Assembly (NCBI RefSeq): GCF_000757905.1
Contig: NZ_JRLH01000018.1
DNA length: 32,000 bases
Strand: one strand, 5' to 3'
From: Candidatus Arsenophonus nilaparvatae str. Hanzhou
Lineage (GTDB): Bacteria > Pseudomonadota > Gammaproteobacteria > Enterobacterales > Enterobacteriaceae
Shown here: in pieces, positions 6,998 to 15,705 of the stretch
How the letters are laid out: each line of letters opens with the position of its first letter
Numbering within the stretch: the first letter of the stretch is position 1
Made by a program: the position numbers and the translations under genes
The notes under the pieces: model-generated
What the model saw: the letters and a program-made list of their open reading frames with translations, nothing else
What the model was told of the DNA's origin: nothing
Databases searched by the model: none

Positions 6998-8211
6998 AAA
7001 GGGCATGGATAGGGGTGTTGTTAACGGTAAGTCCCTTGTTAATGGCTAAAGGCGTGATGATGGAACTGGATAACGTGCCTTTACCGCAAGCGTTGAATGT
7101 GCTTTATCGACAGGTTTTTGAACGTCCGTTTATGTTATCGCCAGAATTAATCAATGACCCTCGTAAAGTGACTTTTCGTATTACGCCAGAAATTGATGAA
7201 CGGGCTTTTATTAAGCGTTATTTGAATAATTTACAGATTGCCATTCATGAACGTAATGGGATTGATTATTTAGTTTTTTTTACGCCAAAAACACCCACAG
7301 TAATCAGGGAAACCTATGTTTATCAGCCCCGTTATCGCTCAGTATCGTATTTATCGGATTTATTACGCAGCCAGTTTGATGGTAATTTTAATTCGTCTCG
7401 TAGTGGTATTTCAGTGGGGCAAATCGCACCAGAAAAAGCCGTGGCGGGGACGGCTTCGGATTTTCTGAACCGGACAGGGGATGTACTGGTTTATTATGGT
7501 ACTAAAGCCGATATTGCCCGATTAAAAATATTGTTACCTAAAATCGATACTGTAACGGATGAAGTGGTGGTTTCTGCCTATGTCTTTGAGGTACAAACCG
7601 CTGAGCGTAATGGGTCAGGCTTGGCATTGGCTGCCAAATTGGTTTCCGGTAAATTTAATGTTGGTATCGGTAAAGAGGCAGGATTTGATAATTTTGTTCG
7701 CTTTAATTTAGGTTCATTAGATGCGTTATATGAATTGTTCCGTACTGATAGCCGTTTTCATGTGGTGAGTTCACCTAGATTAAGAGTGAAGAATGGGGCG
7801 CAGGCATCATTTTCTGTCGGCTCAGATGTGCCTGTATTAGGTAAGGTAAGTTATGCTGATAATAAGCCTGTCCAGTCGATAGAATATCGCTCTAGTGGGG
7901 TAATTTTAAATGTACGTCCGCAAATCCGGCAACAGGGTGTTGATTTAACCATTGACCAGCAATTATCAAATTTTGCTAAAACTGAAACGGGTGTCAATAA
8001 CAGTCCAACGTTGATTAAACGCCAGGTCAATACGCAAGTGAGCGTTGCCGATGGTGATATTATTTTGTTAGGCGGTTTGGCTGAAAATAAAGTAACCGAA
8101 GCGGATACCGGATTTTCGTTTTTGCCGAAGGGCTGGTTTACCAGTGCTTCGACAGAAAATAATAAAACCGATATTTTAGTGATTTTACAGGTGAAGAAGG
8201 TTCAACGATGA
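6994..8211 (+). CDS. Secretin (gIV-type phage export channel)
   Basis: 405 aa with a signal peptide. The C-terminal secretin domain contains VVSSPRLRVKNGAQASFSVGSDVPVLG, GVILNVRPQI and VSVADGDIILLGGL. Confidence 0.9.
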   Translation: MKRAWIGVLLTVSPLLMAKGVMMELDNVPLPQALNVLYRQVFERPFMLSPELINDPRKVTFRITPEIDERAFIKRYLNNLQIAIHERNGIDYLVFFTPKTPTVIRETYVYQPRYRSVSYLSDLLRSQFDGNFNSSRSGISVGQIAPEKAVAGTASDFLNRTGDVLVYYGTKADIARLKILLPKIDTVTDEVVVSAYVFEVQTAERNGSGLALAAKLVSGKFNVGIGKEAGFDNFVRFNLGSLDALYELFRTDSRFHVVSSPRLRVKNGAQASFSVGSDVPVLGKVSYADNKPVQSIEYRSSGVILNVRPQIRQQGVDLTIDQQLSNFAKTETGVNNSPTLIKRQVNTQVSVADGDIILLGGLAENKVTEADTGFSFLPKGWFTSASTENNKTDILVILQVKKVQR

Positions 8212-8215
8212 AGGC

Positions 8216-8252
8216 AGGCAGCGTACCACAGCGTTAGCGAGGAACGCTGCCT
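8216..8252. terminator. Hairpin after gene IV (9-bp stem AGGCAGCGT/ACGCTGCCT, 19-nt loop containing GCGTTAGCG)
   Basis: Read directly. No T-tract follows, so it may be structural (packaging or minus-strand origin) rather than a terminator. Confidence 0.35.
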
Positions 8253-8414
8253 TGCATGAAGAGGCAAACCGACGTAGCCGGTAAGAAAATAGAACGCCGG
8301 TTTTGTTGTATTACATGTTGTTTGTTAAGCGTTAAGTTATTTTTTTTGGCGCTGTATAGCCAGACTCCATATCTGACTACACAGCTATCACATAAACCTT
8401 ATAAGGAGGTCTAT

Positions 8415-8693
8415 ATGACTGTGTTCGATCCTACTCAATATCCAGAGTTACGCAATCTTTTTCCTGAATTAACGCCAGTGCAGTTTGAAACGGCACTGTT
8501 ATTTGCTTTTGGTATTCCACAAAAAGAAATCTCAGTGTTGCGTTCAGTGGCGTATAAAGTGGTGAGACAGACGATAACAGAAGCCAGAATGAAATTTGAG
8601 CCAGCGTCATTGACGGGATTATTAACGGTATTTCATGTTCGTTTAGTGTTATTTGCTTTGTATGATAGCCAACAACGCATTCGTAAGACATAA
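8415..8693 (+). CDS. Small LuxR/GerE-type HTH protein (92 aa)
   Basis: Strong RBS TAAGGAGG 6 nt upstream of ATG 8415. LTPVQFETALLFAFGIPQKEISVLRSVAYKVVRQTITEARMKF resembles the LuxR C-terminal HTH pattern (LTxRExExLxLxAxGxxxKEIAxxLxxSxxTVKxH). The upstream extension from 8256 is unlikely. Confidence 0.55.
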   Translation: MTVFDPTQYPELRNLFPELTPVQFETALLFAFGIPQKEISVLRSVAYKVVRQTITEARMKFEPASLTGLLTVFHVRLVLFALYDSQQRIRKT

Positions 8694-8707
8694 AAAAGCG
8701 GATTAGT

Positions 8708-8739
8708 CTAGGTGCGTTAAATGCACCTAGGGTATTTTA
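8708..8739 (+). terminator. Rho-independent terminator after the LuxR-like gene
   Basis: 8-bp stem CTAGGTGC / GCACCTAG, 7-nt loop, followed by GGTATTTTATT. Confidence 0.6.
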
Positions 8740-9120
8740 TTCGATGAGATAATATCGATTTGGTATTAGGTCATAACTTCTAAAATTAATCGTAAATACC
8801 GCCACTTCTGATTTTGAGTCGCATCACACCATATCAGGGAAACCCGCTACTTTTATGGCGGGCTTTTTTTATGTTTTAAAATGTCCGTCAGGACATGTAA
8901 GGCGGCAGATTGAAATCGCAAAGATAACCGACTGCAAAACCGCCGAAGCCAGGGGGGGACTTATCGGGTAGCAAGGAACCCCCGCGTTAGCGTTCCTGCC
9001 AAGCCATCTTTTTACGATAAATAAAGCGACTCAGCAGTTTGAGGGTCGAAGACAAGCGAATCGTTTAGCGACAGATTGATTTTTTTATTTGCTTTTGTTT
9101 ATTGTTTAATTTCATGCTAA

Positions 9121-9322
9121 CTCAATAAAATTAATATTCCGTAAAATGCCATTAAGGTTCGCACAATATTTACTCAATAAAATTAATATTCCGTAAAATG
9201 CCATTAAGGTTCGCACAATATTTACTCAATAAAATTAATATTCCGTAAAATGCCATTAAGGTTCGCACAATATTTACTCAATAAAATTAATATTCCGTAA
9301 AATGCCATTAAGGTTCGCACAA
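9121..9322 (+). repeat. Tandem array: 3.9 perfect copies of a 52-bp unit, each ending in the XerC-type arm GGTTCGCACAA
   Basis: The unit is CTCAATAAAATTAATATTCCGTAAAATGCCATTAAGGTTCGCACAATATTTA, at 9121-9172, 9173-9224 and 9225-9276. The fourth copy starts at 9277 and diverges after ACAAT into host DNA. Confidence 0.95.
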
Positions 9323-9339
9323 TGGTATTTCTGTTAAAC
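9312..9339 (+). other. attR: complete dif-like site GGTTCGCACAA-TGGTAT-TTCTGTTAAAC
   Basis: 11-6-11 architecture. It matches E. coli dif (GGTGCGCATAA-TGTATA-TTATGTTAAAT, recalled) at 9/11 in each arm. The XerC arm is phage/repeat-derived; the central region and XerD arm lie in subtilase coding sequence. Confidence 0.7.
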
Positions 9340-9989
9340 CTTATGATGCCGCAGGCGGGATCATAAGAGGATTACAACATTTAAGAGCGGGTGATATTTT
9401 TATTTACGAATTATCTATCCAATCCAAACCAGATGATGATACAACTCAAGTACCTGCTGATTATTGCCAATCGGTCTGGGATATCACTAAAGCGGCCACC
9501 GATGCCGGTATTATTATTATTGCTGCGGCAGGTAATGGCAGTGAAAATCTGGATGATGATTATTATGCACAATATCGCGATCGCGGTGATAACGGCGCTA
9601 TTCGGGTTGGTGCTGGCTCTAAAAATCAAATATGTCGTTCATTTTCAACTTATGGCAAAACGATGATCCATGTCCAGGCCTGGGGTGATAGTGTCGTAAC
9701 AACCGGCTTTGGTACTTTATACGATGGTGGTCCTAATAATAATTATGCTAGTAACTTTGATGGCACCTCAGCCGCTACCCCAATTGTAGCTTCAGCAGCA
9801 ATTGGCATTCAATCATGGTATAAACAACAGACTGGCCAGGTTCTCACACCACGTGAAATGCGAAGTCTGTTGATAGAGACCGGCACACCACAACGACCTG
9901 GTTTTATCAATAACCATATTGGACCGCTGCCAAATGTTCGTAATGCAATTAATACATTACAACGACGTTTACAACAACAAAAAGCATAA
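9312..9989 (+). pseudogene. S8 serine protease, C-terminal fragment (Asn and Ser catalytic boxes)
   Basis: The frame of ORF 9663-9989 is open upstream to 9312 (stop TAA at 9309-9311). Hand translation: GSHNGISVKPYDAAGGIIRGLQHLRAGDIFIYELSIQ...GIIIIAAAGNGSENL (oxyanion Asn box)...FDGTSAATPIVASAA (Ser box). The first 4 codons are phage-arm-derived. Confidence 0.8.
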
Positions 9990-10070
9990 CCTAATGGATA
10001 ACTTGCTAAGATATAATATGACTTACCTTTCAGGCTAACTTATGGGGCTAGAGTATTTTTTAGCATGCGC

Positions 10071-10093
10071 ATATCCTCCCTTAAGGAGGATAT
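10071..10093. terminator. Hairpin downstream of the subtilase stop (9-bp stem ATATCCTCC/GGAGGATAT, loop CTTAA)
   Basis: Read directly. There is no clear T-tract. Confidence 0.4.
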
Positions 10094-10794
10094 CCATGTT
10101 TAAATGTGAAAAAATTAAAAGTTATTGATTAATATTTAAGTTAAGCTGTCAATTTAGCGCAACGAAAATAATTAGAATGATGGCTGATTAACTTTGAAAA
10201 CAATAAATAAAATATCAGCATAAATATTTGTTCAAGTAAAAATCACTGTAGTTAAAAATATTGTTTTCAGCATCTTTTTATTTCTTAGAGTGAATATAAA
10301 AATGCCGTCATTAAAAATATATTAAATAATCTTAATAAAGTGCCTAAAATTACTATAAAAATAAATTATAGTGATGTGATTTATCACACCTTAATATATT
10401 TATCAACAAGACTAAGAGGATACCTTTCTTCAACTAGATAAATTTAAAGCATTTTGAAGAATAACTTCAACACTATTTTCTACCGAATAACACAGCTTAT
10501 TAGTTTTCCCTTTTCTATGAGCTATCTTTCCAGATCACAAACCCAGTTTTTTCATTCTATAATACATTTCCCCTTCAAGCCTTTTTTTAATTAAACTGAA
10601 TCAACATATTCATGGCATTAAATTACATTATTTATACATTTATTTTGTAATAATTAAAAATAAATGTATGAATTATTATATTTTTACATATGAAAATTTA
10701 ATACAATTAAATTACATACTAATTTATAGTTAAAAATAAAATATTAAAAAATACATATATTATTTTCAGATATTATACCAAGGGGAAATTGGTT

Positions 10795-11574
10795 ATGCCT
10801 AAAATTGTTTCTGTATCCCATTATCCAGCTACTATCTTAAAAGATGATGCAGCTAAAAAAACTAGCACTGATGATATGTTAGCGAAACTATATCCCGACT
10901 TAACCATGCAATTTGCCAACCCATCATCAATGAGAGTTAAACATGATAAACTAGCAACAAATAGTGACCGATTACATGCATCTGCAAAAATAAAGTCTTT
11001 GTTCATATCTGGTGCCGGTAGACATGATCCTGATAGAGCCATAAATCAGCAGCAACAAATAAGATGCGAACATGCTCTATCACATATCATGGAATCTGCC
11101 TACAACAAGAGCCCGACATTTAGACGGTTATTTAATTATGGTTATGACAATATTCTGCATGATGGTGGTTGGGTATTAGCCGCAGATGAAGATTTTGGCA
11201 CGACTATCACATCCGAACAGATAGCAGCGACTAATGGTAGAAAAATTATTTCATTAAATATGGATCCTATTGATGAGCCAGATTCTTATAATACTTACCA
11301 AACAGAAAACGGCAGTCATACCCCTTTTAGTTTAGCTCGTTCATTTATGCATGAAGTCGTGCACGCTTTAACAATGCTTCCCGATAAAGATGGTGAACAT
11401 GAAAGAGGACCTGTTGTCGAATATACAAATATCATACTTAAAGAAATGGGTGATAACCAACCAGCAAGATTTAAATATGAATTAGACGATAATTATCATG
11501 ATATAAACCAAGGAAATACACCTTTCACAATAGAAACATTTGAATTACCAATTTTAACATACACACCAAAATAA
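10795..11574 (+). CDS. HExxH zinc metalloprotease, effector-like (possibly NleD/M91-like)
   Basis: ~259 aa from ATG 10795 (RBS AAGGGGA). It has the motif FMHEVVHAL and a downstream Glu-rich segment (DGEHERGPVVEYTNIILKEMG). No signal peptide. The gene is isolated between ~800 bp and ~250 bp of AT-rich non-coding DNA. Confidence 0.6.
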   Translation: MPKIVSVSHYPATILKDDAAKKTSTDDMLAKLYPDLTMQFANPSSMRVKHDKLATNSDRLHASAKIKSLFISGAGRHDPDRAINQQQQIRCEHALSHIMESAYNKSPTFRRLFNYGYDNILHDGGWVLAADEDFGTTITSEQIAATNGRKIISLNMDPIDEPDSYNTYQTENGSHTPFSLARSFMHEVVHALTMLPDKDGEHERGPVVEYTNIILKEMGDNQPARFKYELDDNYHDINQGNTPFTIETFELPILTYTPK

Positions 11575-11821
11575 GTAGAATAAAAAAACATTAATACAAG
11601 CTAAATACCTCACTTGTCCAAGCCTGAAGCTTTGCAATATCTATACCCTACATTGATATCAACTGTTCTAAACCGGACAAAATATACTGTTATCATTCAG
11701 CTTTTCAATAACAGCAACCCAGCATTTTTGCCTATCACTTGATCATAAATTTTATTCAAGAGAGGAACTGATCTGCTGGGTATTGATGTTTACTATTACA
11801 AATCAAACCACAATCTAGCTA

Positions 11822-12841
11822 TTATTTTTTACCATAACCTTGTGGATTCTGACATTGCCAACGCCATCCATCAGCAGCCATCTGTTGAATTGAGCGAGTG
11901 GCTTTCCATCCCAAATCACGTTCAGCTTTAGCAGAACTTGACCAACATTCAGCAATATCACCTGGTCGGCGAGGACTAATTTCATAGGCGATTTTTTTAC
12001 CACAAGCTTCTTCAAATGCTTTCAGCATCTCTAATACACTTGTCCCATTACCTGTGCCTAAATTATAAATGTGTAAACCAGGCTTAAAACCAACTGATTT
12101 AAGTGCCGCAATATGCCCATCAGCGAGATCCATGACATGAATATAATCACGCACTCCTGTGCCATCTGGGGTAGGATAATCATCACCAAAAATCATCAAT
12201 TTCTGCTGCCGACCAATGGCTACCTGAGTGATATAAGGCGTCAAATTATTAGGTATACCTTGCGGATCTTCCCCCATCGTGCCGGATGGATGTGCCCCAA
12301 CCGGATTAAAATAACGAAGCAGGGTAACCGACCAACTATTATCAGCATACTGGAGATCCGATAAACAGCGCTCTACCATAAATTTACTGCTACCGTATGG
12401 ATTAGTGGTATTGCCAATCGGAAACTCTTCGGTGATAGGCACCGTTGCCGGATCACCATAAACGGTGGCAGAAGAGCTAAAAATAACATTTTTTATACCA
12501 GCCCGATGCATACTACGCGCTAATACCAGCGCGCCATTGACATTATTATCATAATATTCAAGAGGCTTAGTAACTGATTCACCAACCGCTTTTAAGCCAG
12601 CAAAATGAATAACGGCTTTAATAGTATGGTTGGAAAAAATAGTGTCTAATAATTTTTCATCACGTACATCTCCATGATAAAAAACCGGACGACAACCCGT
12701 TAATGTTTCTATTCGCGCCAATACTTCACTACTGGCATTACACAAATTATCTAAAATAACAGGCTGCATACCCGCTGCCAACATCTGAACGCATGTGTGA
12801 CTACCAATATAGCCCATACCACCTGTTACTAATATTTCCAC
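11822..12841 (-). CDS. galE: UDP-glucose 4-epimerase
   Basis: From GTG 12841 (RBS AGAGG) the product is MEILVTGGMGYIGSHTCVQ..., 339 aa. It has the Rossmann GxxGxxG, YGSSK (the YxxxK catalytic motif) and a GalE-like C-terminus. The 36-codon upstream extension in the track is unlikely. Confidence 0.9.
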   Translation of the reverse strand: MEILVTGGMGYIGSHTCVQMLAAGMQPVILDNLCNASSEVLARIETLTGCRPVFYHGDVRDEKLLDTIFSNHTIKAVIHFAGLKAVGESVTKPLEYYDNNVNGALVLARSMHRAGIKNVIFSSSATVYGDPATVPITEEFPIGNTTNPYGSSKFMVERCLSDLQYADNSWSVTLLRYFNPVGAHPSGTMGEDPQGIPNNLTPYITQVAIGRQQKLMIFGDDYPTPDGTGVRDYIHVMDLADGHIAALKSVGFKPGLHIYNLGTGNGTSVLEMLKAFEEACGKKIAYEISPRRPGDIAECWSSSAKAERDLGWKATRSIQQMAADGWRWQCQNPQGYGKK

Positions 12842-13097
12842 ATTAACCTCTTTTCCAACCTTAATTAAATTAGGATATTGCCTGGATGAGCAAATAAGCC
12901 ATGAACATAATATTATGCTATGTAACAATGATATATCGATAAACATCATATTTTAGCTAACTAATATATCACGCCATTCAATAATATAATCTTTGATAAA
13001 GAAAATTAGCGATAATATTTATTATTATGAAACTAATAAGCTTAGTTGCGGAAATAATATTTATCGGATTGTTATTTATTATCAATCAGGAAATGAG

Positions 13098-14030
13098 CTA
13101 TTGCATTTCAACCGGATCGACATGGATCATGACATTTAAGATAGTGGGATTTTCAAGTAATTTTTTTCGTGCTGAAACAGCAATTAGATGGCCTTGTTCT
13201 ACCGTTAAAAGGCCATTAACCTCAAGATGAACATCAACTAGTAAATAATCACCAGATTTACGGGTCTTAAGATCATGAATATCAATCACGCCGTCCATTG
13301 CCAACAGCTGTTTACGAATAGTCGCTAGGGTCTGTTCATCAGCTCCCTTATCCATCAAATCGTTAAACGCTTGGTAAGTAAACTTATACCCCATTTTAAT
13401 AACTAGAACACCAACAATTAAGGCCGCAATAGGATCAAAGATCTTAAAACCACATAAACTAGCAATGATACCAATGGCAACTACTAAAGATGAAGCTGCG
13501 TCTGAACGTGCATGCCATGCATTAGCAACTAACATACTTGAATTAACCTTATTTGCCACAAAAAGCATATAACGAAACAGACCTTCTTTAATAATAAGTG
13601 ATAATAGCGCAGCAACCAGAGCAATAATATGCACATCGGGAATTTCAGCTGGATTTAGCATTTTTTCAATCGCTTTCCATATCATGCCCCCGCCAACCAC
13701 TAACAAAATTGTTCCCAGTACTAAAGATGCTCCATTTTCATAGCGAAAATGGCCATAAGGGTGATCGGCATCCGGTTGTTTATGACTATGTTTATTCGCA
13801 ATCAACACCACAAAATCTGCCAATAAATCTGATAATGAGTGAAGACCATCAGCAATCAAACCTTGGGAATGTGCCAAAAAGCCGATAATAATTTGCCATA
13901 AAGAGAGAAAAAAGTTGACAATGATACTAATGATCGTGCTCTTTTTGGCAGCTTTAAATTTTATTTGCTGCTCATCGGAAACAAAAAGTGTGTGTTTTTC
14001 TTCGCGGTGTTTAGTCTGTGTCATAATCAA
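13098..14030 (-). CDS. Cation diffusion facilitator (CDF) family metal efflux transporter (FieF/YiiP-like)
   Basis: 310 aa, six predicted TM helices. CDF signatures HSLSDLLADFVVL and HARSDAASSLVV are present, plus a C-terminal cytoplasmic domain. Confidence 0.85.
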   Translation of the reverse strand: MIMTQTKHREEKHTLFVSDEQQIKFKAAKKSTIISIIVNFFLSLWQIIIGFLAHSQGLIADGLHSLSDLLADFVVLIANKHSHKQPDADHPYGHFRYENGASLVLGTILLVVGGGMIWKAIEKMLNPAEIPDVHIIALVAALLSLIIKEGLFRYMLFVANKVNSSMLVANAWHARSDAASSLVVAIGIIASLCGFKIFDPIAALIVGVLVIKMGYKFTYQAFNDLMDKGADEQTLATIRKQLLAMDGVIDIHDLKTRKSGDYLLVDVHLEVNGLLTVEQGHLIAVSARKKLLENPTILNVMIHVDPVEMQ

Positions 14031-14435
14031 ATTCTGAAGTTAATTATTTTTAGTAAAATAAGGAAAAGATGATAGTAAACCTTAAAAACAATATTGTTAT
14101 TATTAATGCTAATTTTATTCAAAAACAAATATTAATTTACCTTCCTATAATATGACATAAAAAATTATATTTGTCTTGATTTTTCATTTTCATAATCATT
14201 TACTTTAATAAAATACAATTGATAATTATTTACTTATTTATTTCTACCACTATCTATAATGAAATAGAAATAATATTTATTTTCAATTAGGATAATTGAT
14301 TAAAATAACACGCTTATTTTAAATATTTTTTATATTAAGTTAATTATTCCAAATAACGAGCAAATAAAAATATCACGACATCATTTTTTACTATTGCTAC
14401 AATATAATTAGATAATAATATGATGCGAGGGTATC

Positions 14436-14882
14436 ATGTATAATAAGATCTTAGTTCCTATTGATATTGTTGAAGATGAATTGAATCAAAAAGTGATTAA
14501 GCATGTTGAAACACTGGTCTCATTTAACCAACCTAGCAAACCAGAAATCCACTTCCTATCTGTGCTGCCCAATTTAGAAATATTTTTTGGTATTGAAATT
14601 GCGGCGCTACCAGAGAGCCAACAAGATTCTGAAGAGCGCAGCCGAGTTGCACTCGAACTACTTAAGGAAATCATTAAGAAAGTAAACATTCCTAAAGGGC
14701 AAATTACTTGTAAAATAGGCATTGGCCCGACAAAAGAGGAAATTTTAAGCTATGCATCAGATATTGACGCCGATTTAATTCTTATTGGTTCTCATAGCCC
14801 CAATTCTACCAGTTACCTGCTAGGATCAACCGCAGCTAGCATTGTTCGTCATGCAAAAATGACTGTTTTAGTCGCTCGCTAA
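14436..14882 (+). CDS. Universal stress protein (UspA family)
   Basis: 148 aa: ILVPIDI..., DLILIGSH..., LLGSTAASIVRHAKMTVLV. Confidence 0.85.
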   Translation: MYNKILVPIDIVEDELNQKVIKHVETLVSFNQPSKPEIHFLSVLPNLEIFFGIEIAALPESQQDSEERSRVALELLKEIIKKVNIPKGQITCKIGIGPTKEEILSYASDIDADLILIGSHSPNSTSYLLGSTAASIVRHAKMTVLVAR

Positions 14883-14943
14883 AATAAACCAAGCACACAA
14901 CTAGCCATCTCACAGGAGATGGCTTATTGGTTAAATTAAACCG

Positions 14944-15432
14944 TTATTTAATCTTCGCACTGTTAAGTTCTTCTGGTGCTGACCACACGTGATATTTAAC
15001 TACCATATCGTTTGGAACATATACCACTATCGGTAATTTACTATTATAGCGAACGATATTATTGCCTTCCCCGAGATGAGTGGTAACAAACTTCTTGGAT
15101 TGCTTTTTATCTGGGCAAGCCATTAAGGTTGCTGCAGGACCGGATACTTTTTTTAATTCATAAAAGTCATAGCCCCAACCTTTAAGTTCTTTTTTCTCAA
15201 AATCCCCGCCAAACCAATGCTGGTTACAATCAACCAGCATTGATTTACCAATAACCAGTTCTACCATAAAATTATTTTCATTCGGTTTTTTGTCTAGCTG
15301 AATAACATAGCGGAGCATCCCTTTTGCTGCAGCCGGGTATGGTGCGATTTTGGACAGATTATCATTTGCCATCGCATAAGATGTCGTTAGGAGCATCGCC
15401 AGTAATGGAAAGGTATATTTATTCATTGCCAC
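14944..15432 (-). CDS. eco: Ecotin (periplasmic serine protease inhibitor)
   Basis: 162 aa with a signal peptide. It is colinear with E. coli ecotin as recalled: KIAPYP, VELVIG, VDCN, GWGYDFY, MACPD, KKFVT, RYNSKLPIVVY, VKY.VW. Confidence 0.9.
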   Translation of the reverse strand: MAMNKYTFPLLAMLLTTSYAMANDNLSKIAPYPAAAKGMLRYVIQLDKKPNENNFMVELVIGKSMLVDCNQHWFGGDFEKKELKGWGYDFYELKKVSGPAATLMACPDKKQSKKFVTTHLGEGNNIVRYNSKLPIVVYVPNDMVVKYHVWSAPEELNSAKIK

Positions 15433-15705
15433 ATCCTACTTTATAAATAGTGATAAAAGTGATATTAACTATAACTGATAACAATAATTTTTATGCTTAG
15501 CTAATTCAAACATCTTTTTAGTATAACTGTCGTGTCAAAAAGTAAAAAATCGTAAAGAGTAAAACAACCAATTAATTTGTAAATATTATTAAAAATCAAA
15601 TGATTATATATAACATTTAACAATGTAAATTATTGTGTTCGCTGTTATTAAATTTTAATTATTGTTATACTTAAATTGACCCTCAATAATTTTGCCGGAG
15701 GTTAT

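Larger units (their letters stand above)
826..9322 (+). mobile_element. Integrated filamentous prophage (Inoviridae, Ff/M13-like gene order), ~8.5 kb
   Basis: Contiguous same-strand module: gII(+gX), gV-position gene, small coat protein, gVIII, gIII, gVI, gI/Zot-like, gIV secretin, with tight or overlapping junctions and uniform AGGTGA/AGGGGA ribosome-binding sites. A divergent XRE repressor is present. dif-like sites lie at both ends, and the element splits a subtilase gene. Boundaries are ambiguous by a few nt because ACAAT is shared at both junctions. Confidence 0.88.

Noticed and set aside
8256-8414. N-terminal 53-codon extension of the LuxR-like ORF.
   Set aside because: The extension is Cys/Leu-rich, low-complexity sequence with no RBS. 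ATG 8415 has a consensus TAAGGAGG.
9121-9322. Possible CRISPR array, because of its regular perfect repeats.
   Set aside because: The units are directly abutting 52-bp tandem copies with no unique spacers and no cas genes. This is a tandem repeat, not a CRISPR.
9391-9666. ORFs 9391-9666 (+) and 9411-9629 (-).
   Set aside because: They overlap the subtilase C-terminal reading frame, which carries the AAAGNGS oxyanion box in a different frame. Their own translations are low-complexity.
10085-10127. A 9-codon mini-ORF (MFKCEKIKSY) behind a strong AGGAGGA.
   Set aside because: The Shine-Dalgarno-like sequence is one arm of the terminator-like hairpin at 10071-10093. The ORF is too short to support without conservation data.
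12842-12949. 36-codon upstream extension of galE (the 375-aa track ORF).
   Set aside because: GalE proteins begin directly at the Rossmann fold (M-x-ILVTGG). GTG 12841 has an RBS, and the extension is hydrophobic junk.
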